Assembly (NCBI GenBank): GCA_018658305.1
Contig: JABHVM010000040.1
Coordinates: 2,829-66,828, forward strand
Length of the DNA: 64,000 nucleotides
Source: Thiotrichales bacterium
Lineage (GTDB): Bacteria; Pseudomonadota; Gammaproteobacteria; GCF-002020875
Reading direction: 5' to 3'
Shown piece by piece: positions 10,624 through 19,568 of the stretch. Position 1 is the stretch's first letter. Each line of letters begins with the position of its first letter. The notes beneath the pieces were generated by a model that saw only the letters and a program-made list of their open reading frames with translations, was not told the DNA's origin and did no database searches. The position numbers and the translations under genes are program-made.

Positions 10624-11766
10624 TTAGGGCCAGCTCTTCTGTAGACCCGCTAAACTATCGAGCGAAATCGCCTCTATCTTATTATTGATAGGATAGCTAT
10701 CTTTTCCTGGATGGATAATTAACAGCCTGTCTAGAGAGAGATCCTCCACTGCAATATGCATTGACTTGGTCGCTTTGGGTGCTTCGCTATATTTAAACTC
10801 TACGCCATAACGCACGCCATGCTTGATAAAAAATAGATCGACTTTTGCGCCGCTATAAGTAGACCAAAAATAAGGAGCATTTGGACGAATAATTTGCAAA
10901 GTCTGCTCTAGTGCAAACCCCTCCCAAGAAGCGCCTAACTTAGGATTCCCAGTTAGTTGCTGATAATCTGAAATCTCTAATAGACTATGCAGAATGCCAC
11001 TGTCTTTGAAATAGATCTTAGGAGATTTGACCTGCCGTTTATTGATATTCTCATGCCATGGTTGAAGTTGGCGCACCATGAAGGTGGCGGTTAGAATATC
11101 AAGATAGGATCTGACCGTCTTATCCGTTAATCCCATTGAGCGCCCCAGCTCAGACCCATTCCAGTTCTGCCCATGATAGTGTGCCAACATCGTCCAGAAA
11201 CGCCGCATGGCAGTCGATGGAATTGTAATGCCGAGCGCAGGAATATCTCTCTCCAGAAAAGTGCGGATAAACCCTTCTCTCCACACAGCACTATCTTCTT
11301 CACTCTCTGCAAGATAAGCACGAGGAAACCCTCCCTGAATCCAGAGATTTTGAAGATTATCTACCTCACTTAGAGTGAAACCAGAAAGCTCAATAAATTC
11401 TACCCGACCCGCAAGCGTCTCTGAGCTCTGCTTGACCAGCTGAGGAGAAGCGCTTCCGAGCACTATAAAACGGTTACGGTTCTCTGGACGATCAACGATT
11501 ACCCTAAGTGTGCTGAAGAGTTCAGGCTGAAGTTGAATCTCATCAAGAATAATGACTCCTTCCAGAGAGTCAAACATCAACTCTGGATTTTGAAGTCGTC
11601 GCTGGTCGACAACTGACTCAAGATCAAAATAATGAGATTGGTTGTGCCTCCCAAAATTACGCGCCAAAGTCGTCTTTCCACATTGACGAGGTCCTAGAAT
11701 AGCCGTGACGGGTGATCTAATCACGGCTTTCTCAATGGCACTATAATAAGCTTGTCGTTTTAACAT
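10624..11766 (-). CDS. Second AAA+ ATPase of the COG1373 family (AAA_14 plus DUF4143), a paralogue of the first
   Basis: Walker A GPRQCGKTTLA and Walker B ILDEIQ; the C-terminus carries D...E-F-K (VDLFFIKHGVRYGVEFKYS), a PD-(D/E)xK-like signature. GC is about 45%, unlike its neighbour. The likely start is the ATG at 11766 (MLKRQAYY); the listed TTG at 11802 lies inside the upstream palindrome. Confidence 0.7.
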   Translation of the reverse strand: MLKRQAYYSAIEKAVIRSPVTAILGPRQCGKTTLARNFGRHNQSHYFDLESVVDQRRLQNPELMFDSLEGVIILDEIQLQPELFSTLRVIVDRPENRNRFIVLGSASPQLVKQSSETLAGRVEFIELSGFTLSEVDNLQNLWIQGGFPRAYLAESEEDSAVWREGFIRTFLERDIPALGITIPSTAMRRFWTMLAHYHGQNWNGSELGRSMGLTDKTVRSYLDILTATFMVRQLQPWHENINKRQVKSPKIYFKDSGILHSLLEISDYQQLTGNPKLGASWEGFALEQTLQIIRPNAPYFWSTYSGAKVDLFFIKHGVRYGVEFKYSEAPKATKSMHIAVEDLSLDRLLIIHPGKDSYPINNKIEAISLDSLAGLQKSWP

Positions 11767-11778
11767 AACGATGACTGT

Positions 11779-11819
11779 ATCATTGAAAATTCGGAATATC
11801 AATCTGAATTTTCAATGAT
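11779..11819. promoter_or_regulatory. Perfect 14-bp inverted repeat ATCATTGAAAATTC-N13-GAATTTTCAATGAT, 13 bp upstream of the ATPase-2 start
   Basis: Read directly from the sequence; operator-like position and symmetry. Confidence 0.45.
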
Positions 11820-11858
11820 ATAAAAAGAGCTTGACATAACCTACAGAAAGAATGGGGG

Positions 11859-11903
11859 CAGGTCTAGATAAGTGGTCTTGTATTTACCGCTAATCTAGAC
11901 CTG
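11859..11903. promoter_or_regulatory. 11-bp perfect inverted repeat (CAGGTCTAGAT ... ATCTAGACCTG, 23-nt spacer) in the divergent spacer; a TTGACA hexamer lies at 11831-11836
   Basis: Read directly from the sequence; could be a protein-binding site or an RNA hairpin in the leader of the downstream small-ORF/GGDEF operon. Confidence 0.35.
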
Positions 11904-12042
11904 ACCCTCAATCTTGTTAAACCAGAATTAGCGTTCACCATCTGTCAAGTTACTCATTCTTTTACTTATTGCTTGAACCCAAGTTTTGAGTTAAAGTATA
12001 GAGAATCTAAAACAAAGTTTACCACTGAATGGAGGAGAAATA

Positions 12043-12156
12043 ATGATTCGGAATAAATCAGCAGCCAATGAGCTAGAGCAACTGCTGACCTTCGCCAATC
12101 AAGGAGATATCGAGACTGATGAGCTCATGTCTCGCTTTCTGCAGAGCTCTCTTTAA
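12043..12156 (+). CDS. Small acidic ORF of 37 aa (MIRNKSAANELEQLLTFANQGDIETDELMSRFLQSSL)
   Basis: A near-consensus Shine-Dalgarno GGAGGAG sits 5 nt upstream of the ATG. The stop is 8 nt before the start of the GGDEF sensor gene. It is too short for the supplied ORF track. Confidence 0.4.
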   Translation: MIRNKSAANELEQLLTFANQGDIETDELMSRFLQSSL

Positions 12157-12164
12157 TTTCACAG

Positions 12165-14132
12165 ATGACGCGCTCAACCTTCGCTATTCGGAAAACAGTC
12201 CTTATTCCACTTGCGTTATTGTTATTGCTTCTACTCTTCATCATCTCTTACGGGATGATCTGGATAGAAGAGCGACACCATTTGATAAGTAGTGAAATCG
12301 AGCTGGAACGGACAGAATTCTCTTTTCTCCGTGAGCTGGATGAAGAGTCATCGAAGCTCACGAATACACTTAAGTTGCTCTCAAAAAATGAGTGTCTGAA
12401 TAGGCATTGGATGCGAAAAACATGGGATCAGTTACTACTCTGTACCAATGAGATTCAACAGGATCTATATAGTCGCATGGAGATTCAAGAGTTTAACCTA
12501 ATTAGCCCAGATCAATATGTGGTTTTAAGATCTAGCATCTTGAAACGAACCCATGAATATATTGATAATTTTCTCATTACTCGAACCGTAAACCTACTGG
12601 AGCCTAGTGCAGGTTTGCGTCTAGAGTCGAATGGAAGATTACTGTTTCATGCCTACGCCCCATGGATTATTAATGGAGAAGTGGTTGGATATCTAGAGAT
12701 TGGCAAAGAGATTCATGATGTATTGGATCAACTGAGTGATGCAAGACAGGTAGGTGTGATTATCTATGCCAACAAAAGCCTACTCAACCATGCAACATGG
12801 GAGAGATGGATTGATGAGCAGGATCAGTCTGTGGATGTTGAATGGAGTCGTTTTCAGGACTTTATTCCTGTTGTCTATAGTGCGTTAAGTCATGAGGATC
12901 AATTGATTCCCAAGATTGGAGCGCAACTGCAAACCTTAGAAGATGCGATCGCTCCTCTACTTTTCGAAGATCAGCATTTTGAGATTGGAGCCTTTCCTCT
13001 ACTGGACGAGGGAGGAGGTTTTGTTGGCAAAGTGGCAGTTGCGATCAACAGTACGCAAGCGGTTGAAAATTCTCAAAAGTTTTCTAAACTCTTTACACTG
13101 GTGACCACGCTGTTTGGCGGGATGTTGTTGCTCTTTTTCTACTACTATCTAGGGAAAATTCAGAGTAAGCTGGATCACTCAATCCAAAAATTACAGAGAG
13201 AGATTGCGGTGCGACATGAGGTTGCAAACTCGCTTAAGAAGTTTTCTGAGGCGATTGATCACACGGGAAGTGCTATTTTTATTACCGATGAAAAAGGGGT
13301 AATTGAGTATGTAAATCCTCGTTTTATTGCGTTGACCGGCTATCAGGAGCGTGACGTGATTGGAGAAACCCCGTATTTATTGAATACAGCAGAGATGGAT
13401 CAAGGGGTCTATCAAGAGATGTGGAAAACAGTGCGCTCTGGAGAGACGTGGCGTGGCGATTTATTGAATCGAAAAAAGAGTGGCGAACAGTTCTGGACGG
13501 CATCAACCGTCTCTCCAATTTTTGATCTTAACCGTGTAATCACTAATATGGTTTCGATTAATGAGGATATTACCTTGATCAAAGCCTCTCAGCAAAAAAT
13601 CCAGTTTCTGGCAAACTATGACGCATTGACCCAGTTGCCGAATCGTAGGCTATTTGAAGAGACCTTTGCTGACTCTATCTCACACCTCTATCATCGAAAG
13701 AATGACCATATTGCATTGATGCTTATTGATCTGGACCATTTTAAAGAGATCAATGATACGATGGGACATAATGCAGGAGATCAGCTTCTGGTTGCTGTTG
13801 CAGAGAGGCTTACAAAGGCTATCAGAAAAGGGGATATGGCTGCCAGATTGGGCGGGGATGAATTTACCGTACTGCTAGATCGCATCGAATCCAGGGGAAA
13901 TGCGGTAATCGTGGCAGAGAAAATTCTTCAACTTTTCCAACCGCCTGTTTTGATTAATGGAAAAGAGATTCAGATTACTTGTAGTATTGGGGTGACACTT
14001 GCGCCCGATGATGGAGATGAGGAAGAGGGGTTAATGAAAAATGCGGATCGAGCCATGTATCAAGCAAAAGAGGAAGGGAGAAATGGGTATATCATGCACA
14101 CTAAAAAACCGGAAGAGAAGATCGACTCATGA
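12165..14132 (+). CDS. Membrane sensor diguanylate cyclase (TM, ~270-aa periplasmic domain, TM, PAS, GGDEF)
   Basis: N-terminal TM, second TM around residues 300-325, PAS-like segment, then a GGDEF domain with an intact RLGGDEF motif and YQAKEEGRNGY. Confidence 0.85.
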   Translation: MTRSTFAIRKTVLIPLALLLLLLLFIISYGMIWIEERHHLISSEIELERTEFSFLRELDEESSKLTNTLKLLSKNECLNRHWMRKTWDQLLLCTNEIQQDLYSRMEIQEFNLISPDQYVVLRSSILKRTHEYIDNFLITRTVNLLEPSAGLRLESNGRLLFHAYAPWIINGEVVGYLEIGKEIHDVLDQLSDARQVGVIIYANKSLLNHATWERWIDEQDQSVDVEWSRFQDFIPVVYSALSHEDQLIPKIGAQLQTLEDAIAPLLFEDQHFEIGAFPLLDEGGGFVGKVAVAINSTQAVENSQKFSKLFTLVTTLFGGMLLLFFYYYLGKIQSKLDHSIQKLQREIAVRHEVANSLKKFSEAIDHTGSAIFITDEKGVIEYVNPRFIALTGYQERDVIGETPYLLNTAEMDQGVYQEMWKTVRSGETWRGDLLNRKKSGEQFWTASTVSPIFDLNRVITNMVSINEDITLIKASQQKIQFLANYDALTQLPNRRLFEETFADSISHLYHRKNDHIALMLIDLDHFKEINDTMGHNAGDQLLVAVAERLTKAIRKGDMAARLGGDEFTVLLDRIESRGNAVIVAEKILQLFQPPVLINGKEIQITCSIGVTLAPDDGDEEEGLMKNADRAMYQAKEEGRNGYIMHTKKPEEKIDS

Positions 14133-14977
14133 ATAGAGTACGACTAAGAGGCTTTCTTTTATTGCTCTGTTTGCTTTCTATCTCAGCACAAGCCAGCGAG
14201 ATGCTTACCTGGACGGGGTGTGGGATTGTTAAAAAAGCTTTTATGAAAGAGCTATCCGATGCGTATATGGAGAAGAGTGGAGAGATTATGATGTTAACGG
14301 CCACTGGAGCAACGCGTGGTATTCGATCCGTGGCGAATGGTCAGTATGATATTGGAGGATCTTGTCGTCATAAACTCTCTATACCCGAGGAGGAGAATGC
14401 GCACCTTCATCATGTTGCTTGGGATGCTCTAGTCTTTGTGGTTAATCGGGACAATCCGATTGAATCGATCACTTTTGAACACCTCAGGAAGATCTATCGA
14501 GGGGAGATCACCAACTGGAAAGAGATTGGAGGCCATGACCAGTTGATTCAACTCTATACACGACGCGGTAAGATTAATGGGGTGGGATATATGCTTCGAA
14601 AATTGATCTTTAATGATCCTGATTTCAATATTTCACCCCGAGCCAAACGGGTAAAAACTTCAGCACCTTTAGAGGCCGCTATTGCTAGAAACCGCTGGGC
14701 AGCAGGAATTACGGGGAGTTCCAGTGCCCATAGACAGAAAAATACCATAAAGATGCTTTCAATTGATGGGGTATTTCCCAGTAAAAAAAATGTAGCTTCT
14801 GGAAAATATCCCTATTTTCGTCCACTCTATCTGGTCACACACCCAGAGCCAGAAGAGAAGATAGCAAAGTTCCTAAACTTTGCCTTCAGTCCAGAGGGAC
14901 AAGCAGTGATCTCAAGCCAAGGAACCGTCAATCTCGATGAAGGAAAAAGGACTCTGTTCCCTAGATTTTACAAATAA
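14129..14977 (+). CDS. Periplasmic PstS-like (phosphate-binding-protein family) substrate-binding protein
   Basis: Signal peptide; PstS-like TGATRGIRSVANGQYDIGGSCR motif; start overlaps the stop of the GGDEF sensor (ATGA). Confidence 0.7.
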   Translation: MNRVRLRGFLLLLCLLSISAQASEMLTWTGCGIVKKAFMKELSDAYMEKSGEIMMLTATGATRGIRSVANGQYDIGGSCRHKLSIPEEENAHLHHVAWDALVFVVNRDNPIESITFEHLRKIYRGEITNWKEIGGHDQLIQLYTRRGKINGVGYMLRKLIFNDPDFNISPRAKRVKTSAPLEAAIARNRWAAGITGSSSAHRQKNTIKMLSIDGVFPSKKNVASGKYPYFRPLYLVTHPEPEEKIAKFLNFAFSPEGQAVISSQGTVNLDEGKRTLFPRFYK

Positions 14978-14982
14978 AATCT

Positions 14983-15717
14983 TCACCACGCTTTCAACAA
15001 CAGGGCGCTGCCGCTCCCTAAGAGGACGATACTGATGATCTGCACGAATCTTTGCTGACTCAATCCAGTATGAATCTGTCCGCCTAGCCACATCCCTGTC
15101 GCCATAATTGGAAGCGCAACTACTGAGATGATGAGAAGATCGATACTGAAAAAACCTGAAATTGTGTATCCAATTAAGCGCATAGATCCATCCAACATAA
15201 ATATGGTGGCGATGGTTCCTCGAAATGGAAGTTTCCCTAACTTTCTCATGGTCAGGTATATCACCACAAAAGGACCTCCCGTTGCAAAAGTGGTTCCAAC
15301 CAGACCCGCTAAAAATCCTAATGGTGCAGACCAGATTCTAGAACCTTGTGGTGGAGAGATCGCAAGCAGCGTATAGATTGCGTAACTGATGATAAAGATC
15401 GCCAATGCGATAGCGAGCAGTTCTGGTTGAACAGTTTTCATTGTGTAAAGTGCGATGACAATGCCAGTCAAGCTAAACGGTATGAGTGGAATAATTTCTC
15501 GCCACTGAATCTCTTTTCTATGATGTACGCCATGTGAAAGAGAGCCTATATAGTCGAGCAGAATAACAATCGGTACAACCGCTGTGATTGGAAACATTAG
15601 CGAAAGCAGTGGAACCGCAACCAGCGCAGAGCCGAAACCGGTGATACCACGCACAAAGTAGGAGAAAAATATGACCGCTATCGAGAGGACAATTTCAGCC
15701 GTCGTAAACTCATCCAC
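14983..15717 (-). CDS. TauE/SafE family sulfite/anion exporter (DUF81)
   Basis: 244-aa polytopic membrane protein with the duplicated TauE fold and Gly-rich helices. Confidence 0.75.
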   Translation of the reverse strand: MDEFTTAEIVLSIAVIFFSYFVRGITGFGSALVAVPLLSLMFPITAVVPIVILLDYIGSLSHGVHHRKEIQWREIIPLIPFSLTGIVIALYTMKTVQPELLAIALAIFIISYAIYTLLAISPPQGSRIWSAPLGFLAGLVGTTFATGGPFVVIYLTMRKLGKLPFRGTIATIFMLDGSMRLIGYTISGFFSIDLLIISVVALPIMATGMWLGGQIHTGLSQQRFVQIISIVLLGSGSALLLKAW

Positions 15718-15737
15718 AGATTTTTACCTACCCCAAC

Positions 15738-18700
15738 CTAACGGTCAGGATCATACGCCAGATTTGGACCTAACCACTTCTCTGCTACTTTTAGGTCAAC
15801 TTCTTTGCGTTCTGCATACTGTTCAACTTGATCTTTTTTGATCTTACCGACTGCAAAGTAGCGGGCATCAGGATGAGCAAAGTAGAGTCCGCTAACTGAG
15901 GCTGTCGGTACCATTGCCATTGACTCGGTTAACCAGATACCCGTATTGCTTTTTGCATTAAGCAGCTTCCAGAGCGTCTCTTTTTCACTGTGATCAGGCG
16001 ATGCTGGATAGCCCATTGCAGGACGGATACCTTGATACTTTTCAGCAATCAGCGCTTCGTTATCAAGTATCTCATCTTTTGCATAGCCCCATACCTCACG
16101 CCGAACCTTCTCATGTAGCCACTCAGTCAGCGCTTCTGCCAATCTATCTGCAATCGCTTTAAGCATTAGCGCACTATAGTCATCATGATCTGCCTCAAAC
16201 TCTGCCACCTTCTCATCAATACCGATCCCTGCGGTAGCTGCAAAACCACCGATGTAGTCAATCTTATTGTCTGACTCTGAGCTATCTGATCTTGGTGCAA
16301 TAAAATCAGCGAGAGAGTCATTATATTTTCCGGCAGGCTGTTTTCCCTGTTTGCGCAGTTGATGCAGTTTACACTTCACTGTGGCGCGCTCCTCATCTGC
16401 ATAAACTTCAATATCACCACCGACTGCATTAGCTGGAAAGAGCCCAACTACTGCCCGGGCAGAGAGCCAATTTTCTGCGATAATTTTATCTAACATCACC
16501 GTTGCATCAGCATAGAGTTTGGTCGCCTCTTCTCCCTTATCTTTGTCTTGAAGAATTTTAGGATAACGCCCTTTCATCTCCCAAGCGTGGAAGAAGAAGG
16601 TCCAGTCGATATATGGAACAATTTCCTGTAGATCAATATCATTTAGCACTGTTAACCCTAACTGCTGTGGGCGGTGCGGGGTAAAGTTACCCCAATTTAT
16701 AGGGATAGAATTATGCTCTGCCTGTTCAATTGAGATTAAGCTCTTCTCGCTGTTTTTAGCTGCACGCCGTTGACGCACCGTCTCATACTCATCTTTAAGA
16801 TCAGCTAAAAACTTGGGTTTTTTCTTCTCTGAAAGTAAGATGGAAGCAACGCCCACCGCACGCGAGGCATCGGAAACATGGATTACACCGTGCGCATACT
16901 CAGGCTCTGCTTTGACTGCGGTATGCGCCTTGGAGGTGGTTGCACCCCCTAACATCAACGGAACAGTGAAGCCTTGTCGTGTCATCTCTTTTGCTAGGTG
17001 AACCATCTCATCCAGCGATGGAGTGATCAATCCAGAGAGTCCGATAATATCTGCGCCCTCCTCTTTAGCCCGTTGCAGAATGGTCTCAGCGGGCACCATC
17101 ACCCCGAGATCTATCACCTCATAATTATTACACTGTAGCACCACACCGACAATATTTTTACCAATATCGTGCACATCCCCTTTGACGGTCGCCATTAGAA
17201 TTTTTCCCTGACTCTCAATCGCACACTCTGCCTTCTCTGCCTCTAGGAATGGATCTAGATAGGCAACTGATTTTTTCATCACGCGTGCAGACTTTACAAC
17301 CTGCGGTAGGAACATTTTACCTGCACCAAATAGATCACCCACTACATTCATACCATCCATCAATGGCCCCTCAATTACCTCAAGCGCCTTATCAAAATGC
17401 TGTCGTGCCTCTTCGGTATCCTCATCAATAAACTCGGTAATGCCTTTCACCAGCGCATGCTCTAAGCGTCTGTTAACATTCCACCCTCGCCACTCTTTAG
17501 CCTCTTTCTCAACGCCAACTGACCCATCTCCAAAATATTTAGGGGCAATCTCAACCAAGCGCTCGCCTGCATCAGGATCACTATTGAGCACCACATCCTC
17601 TACTGCCTTGCGGAGCTCTTCTGGAATATCATCATAAACAGCGAGCTGTGCCGCATTGACAATCCCCATACCCATTCCCGCTTTAATTGCATGATATAGA
17701 AAGACCGCATGTATCGCTTCGCGCACTGGGTTATTACCACGAAATGAGAACGAGACATTAGAGACACCTCCAGAGATCAGAGCATGTGGAAGTGTTGCTC
17801 TGATAGTTTTAGTCGCCTCAATAAAATCTACACCGTAATTATTGTGCTCTTCAATTCCTGTTGCAACTGCGAATATATTGGGATCAAAAATAATATCCTC
17901 AGCAGGAAATTTTATCTCATCTACTAAAATACGATAAGCTCGGGTACAGATCTCTACCTTGCGTGCCTCGGTATCTGCCTGACCCTCCTCATCAAATGCC
18001 ATTACAATAATTGCAGCACCATAACGGCGACAGAGTTTTGCATGCTCACGGAACTTATCTTCCCCCTCTTTCATTGATATAGAGTTTACTATGGGCTTAC
18101 CTTGCGTACACTGCAGTCCAGCTTCAATAATATCCCACTTAGAGGAGTCGATCATTAGGGGAACTTTAGATATATCTGGCTCCGATGCAATCAGATTCAG
18201 GAAACGCACCATCGCCGCTTTACCATCCAACATTCCCTCATCCATATTGACATCGACCACCTGCGCTCCATTCTCAACCTGATTACGGCAGACATCGAGC
18301 GCCTCTTCATACTCTTCATTGAGAATAAGGCGTTTGAATTTTGCCGAGCCAGTAACATTAGCGCGTTCACCCACATTGACAAAGAGTGACTCTGCGGTAA
18401 TGTTAAGTGGCTCAAGTCCAGAGAGACGGCAAGCTGGTGAATATTCTGGAAGTTGACGAGGGGATTTCCCTTCCATCATCTCAGCAATTGCTTTGATATG
18501 GTCGGGTGAGGAGCCACAGCAACCACCGATAATATTTATAAATCCTGCATCAACCCACTCTCCGACATACGCTGCCATCTCCTCTGGCGTAAGATCATAC
18601 TCACCAAATTCATTGGGAAGCCCTGCATTAGGGTGCGCCGAAGTATACCATTCAGAGACTCGCGACATCTCTTCCGCATACTGGCGCAACATATCAGGAC

Positions 18701-19454
18701 CAAGCGCACAGTTAAGTCCAATACTGAGTGGCTTGGAGTGTCGTAGACTGTTATAGAATGCTTCCGTTGTCTGCCCAGAGAGGGTGCGCCCCGAAGCATC
18801 AGTTATCGTTCCAGAGATCATTATTGGTAGATAAATATTATTATCTTCAAAATATTTATCTACGGCAAAGAGCGCCGCTTTAGCGTTAAGTGTATCAAAG
18901 ATGGTCTCAACCAAAATCAGATCTGCACCGCCTTTAACCAACCCATCAATGGACTCCAGATAGTTTTCAACTAGCTCCATATAACTCACATTGCGAAATC
19001 CTGGATCATTAACCTCTGGTGAGATAGAGCAGGTGCGGCTCGTTGGACCAATCACTCCCGCTACAAAACGGGGCTTATCAGGAGTAGAGTAGTGGTCAGC
19101 CGCCTCACGGGCAATTCGTGTCGCTTCCTGGTTAATCTCATGCACCAGATCTTCCATTCCATAATCCGACATTGAGACACGAGTTGCATTAAAAGTATTG
19201 GTCTCAATTATATCCGCCCCAACTTCTAGATATGAATCATGAATACCACGAATAATAGCTGGCTGAGTCAGTGCAAGTAGATCATTATTCCCCTTTAGGT
19301 CACTCGCCCAATCAGCAAAACGCTCACCACGATAATCCTCTTCCTCCAGCTTATGGCGCTGAATCATCGTCCCAGTCGCTCCATCTAGGATCAGGATTTT
19401 TTTTGCCATTAAGGCTTGAAGCTCTTCAGTACGATCTTTTATCAGTTTGGTCAC
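15738..19454 (-). CDS. metH: Cobalamin-dependent methionine synthase
   Basis: 1238 aa; Hcy-binding, pterin-binding, B12-binding ([10 protein letters not shown]) and AdoMet-activation domains. Confidence 0.95.
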   Translation of the reverse strand: MTKLIKDRTEELQALMAKKILILDGATGTMIQRHKLEEEDYRGERFADWASDLKGNNDLLALTQPAIIRGIHDSYLEVGADIIETNTFNATRVSMSDYGMEDLVHEINQEATRIAREAADHYSTPDKPRFVAGVIGPTSRTCSISPEVNDPGFRNVSYMELVENYLESIDGLVKGGADLILVETIFDTLNAKAALFAVDKYFEDNNIYLPIMISGTITDASGRTLSGQTTEAFYNSLRHSKPLSIGLNCALGPDMLRQYAEEMSRVSEWYTSAHPNAGLPNEFGEYDLTPEEMAAYVGEWVDAGFINIIGGCCGSSPDHIKAIAEMMEGKSPRQLPEYSPACRLSGLEPLNITAESLFVNVGERANVTGSAKFKRLILNEEYEEALDVCRNQVENGAQVVDVNMDEGMLDGKAAMVRFLNLIASEPDISKVPLMIDSSKWDIIEAGLQCTQGKPIVNSISMKEGEDKFREHAKLCRRYGAAIIVMAFDEEGQADTEARKVEICTRAYRILVDEIKFPAEDIIFDPNIFAVATGIEEHNNYGVDFIEATKTIRATLPHALISGGVSNVSFSFRGNNPVREAIHAVFLYHAIKAGMGMGIVNAAQLAVYDDIPEELRKAVEDVVLNSDPDAGERLVEIAPKYFGDGSVGVEKEAKEWRGWNVNRRLEHALVKGITEFIDEDTEEARQHFDKALEVIEGPLMDGMNVVGDLFGAGKMFLPQVVKSARVMKKSVAYLDPFLEAEKAECAIESQGKILMATVKGDVHDIGKNIVGVVLQCNNYEVIDLGVMVPAETILQRAKEEGADIIGLSGLITPSLDEMVHLAKEMTRQGFTVPLMLGGATTSKAHTAVKAEPEYAHGVIHVSDASRAVGVASILLSEKKKPKFLADLKDEYETVRQRRAAKNSEKSLISIEQAEHNSIPINWGNFTPHRPQQLGLTVLNDIDLQEIVPYIDWTFFFHAWEMKGRYPKILQDKDKGEEATKLYADATVMLDKIIAENWLSARAVVGLFPANAVGGDIEVYADEERATVKCKLHQLRKQGKQPAGKYNDSLADFIAPRSDSSESDNKIDYIGGFAATAGIGIDEKVAEFEADHDDYSALMLKAIADRLAEALTEWLHEKVRREVWGYAKDEILDNEALIAEKYQGIRPAMGYPASPDHSEKETLWKLLNAKSNTGIWLTESMAMVPTASVSGLYFAHPDARYFAVGKIKKDQVEQYAERKEVDLKVAEKWLGPNLAYDPDR

Positions 19455-19568
19455 TATTTTATCCTGCTCTATTTAACTGTTTTTATAATCTAAGAATGTT
19501 TTTCTTCTATTTTTCCAACAATTGTAACAGAAATAATGATAACGGCTTTCGTGTAAAATTATCACATT

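Noticed and set aside
8818-12042. Possible integrated mobile element (transposon or integron)
   Set aside because: No transposase, integrase, attC-like repeats, flanking direct repeats or tRNA target found. Only the hipA relic and a GC discontinuity point to horizontal origin, so it is reported as an accessory islet and not as a defined mobile element.
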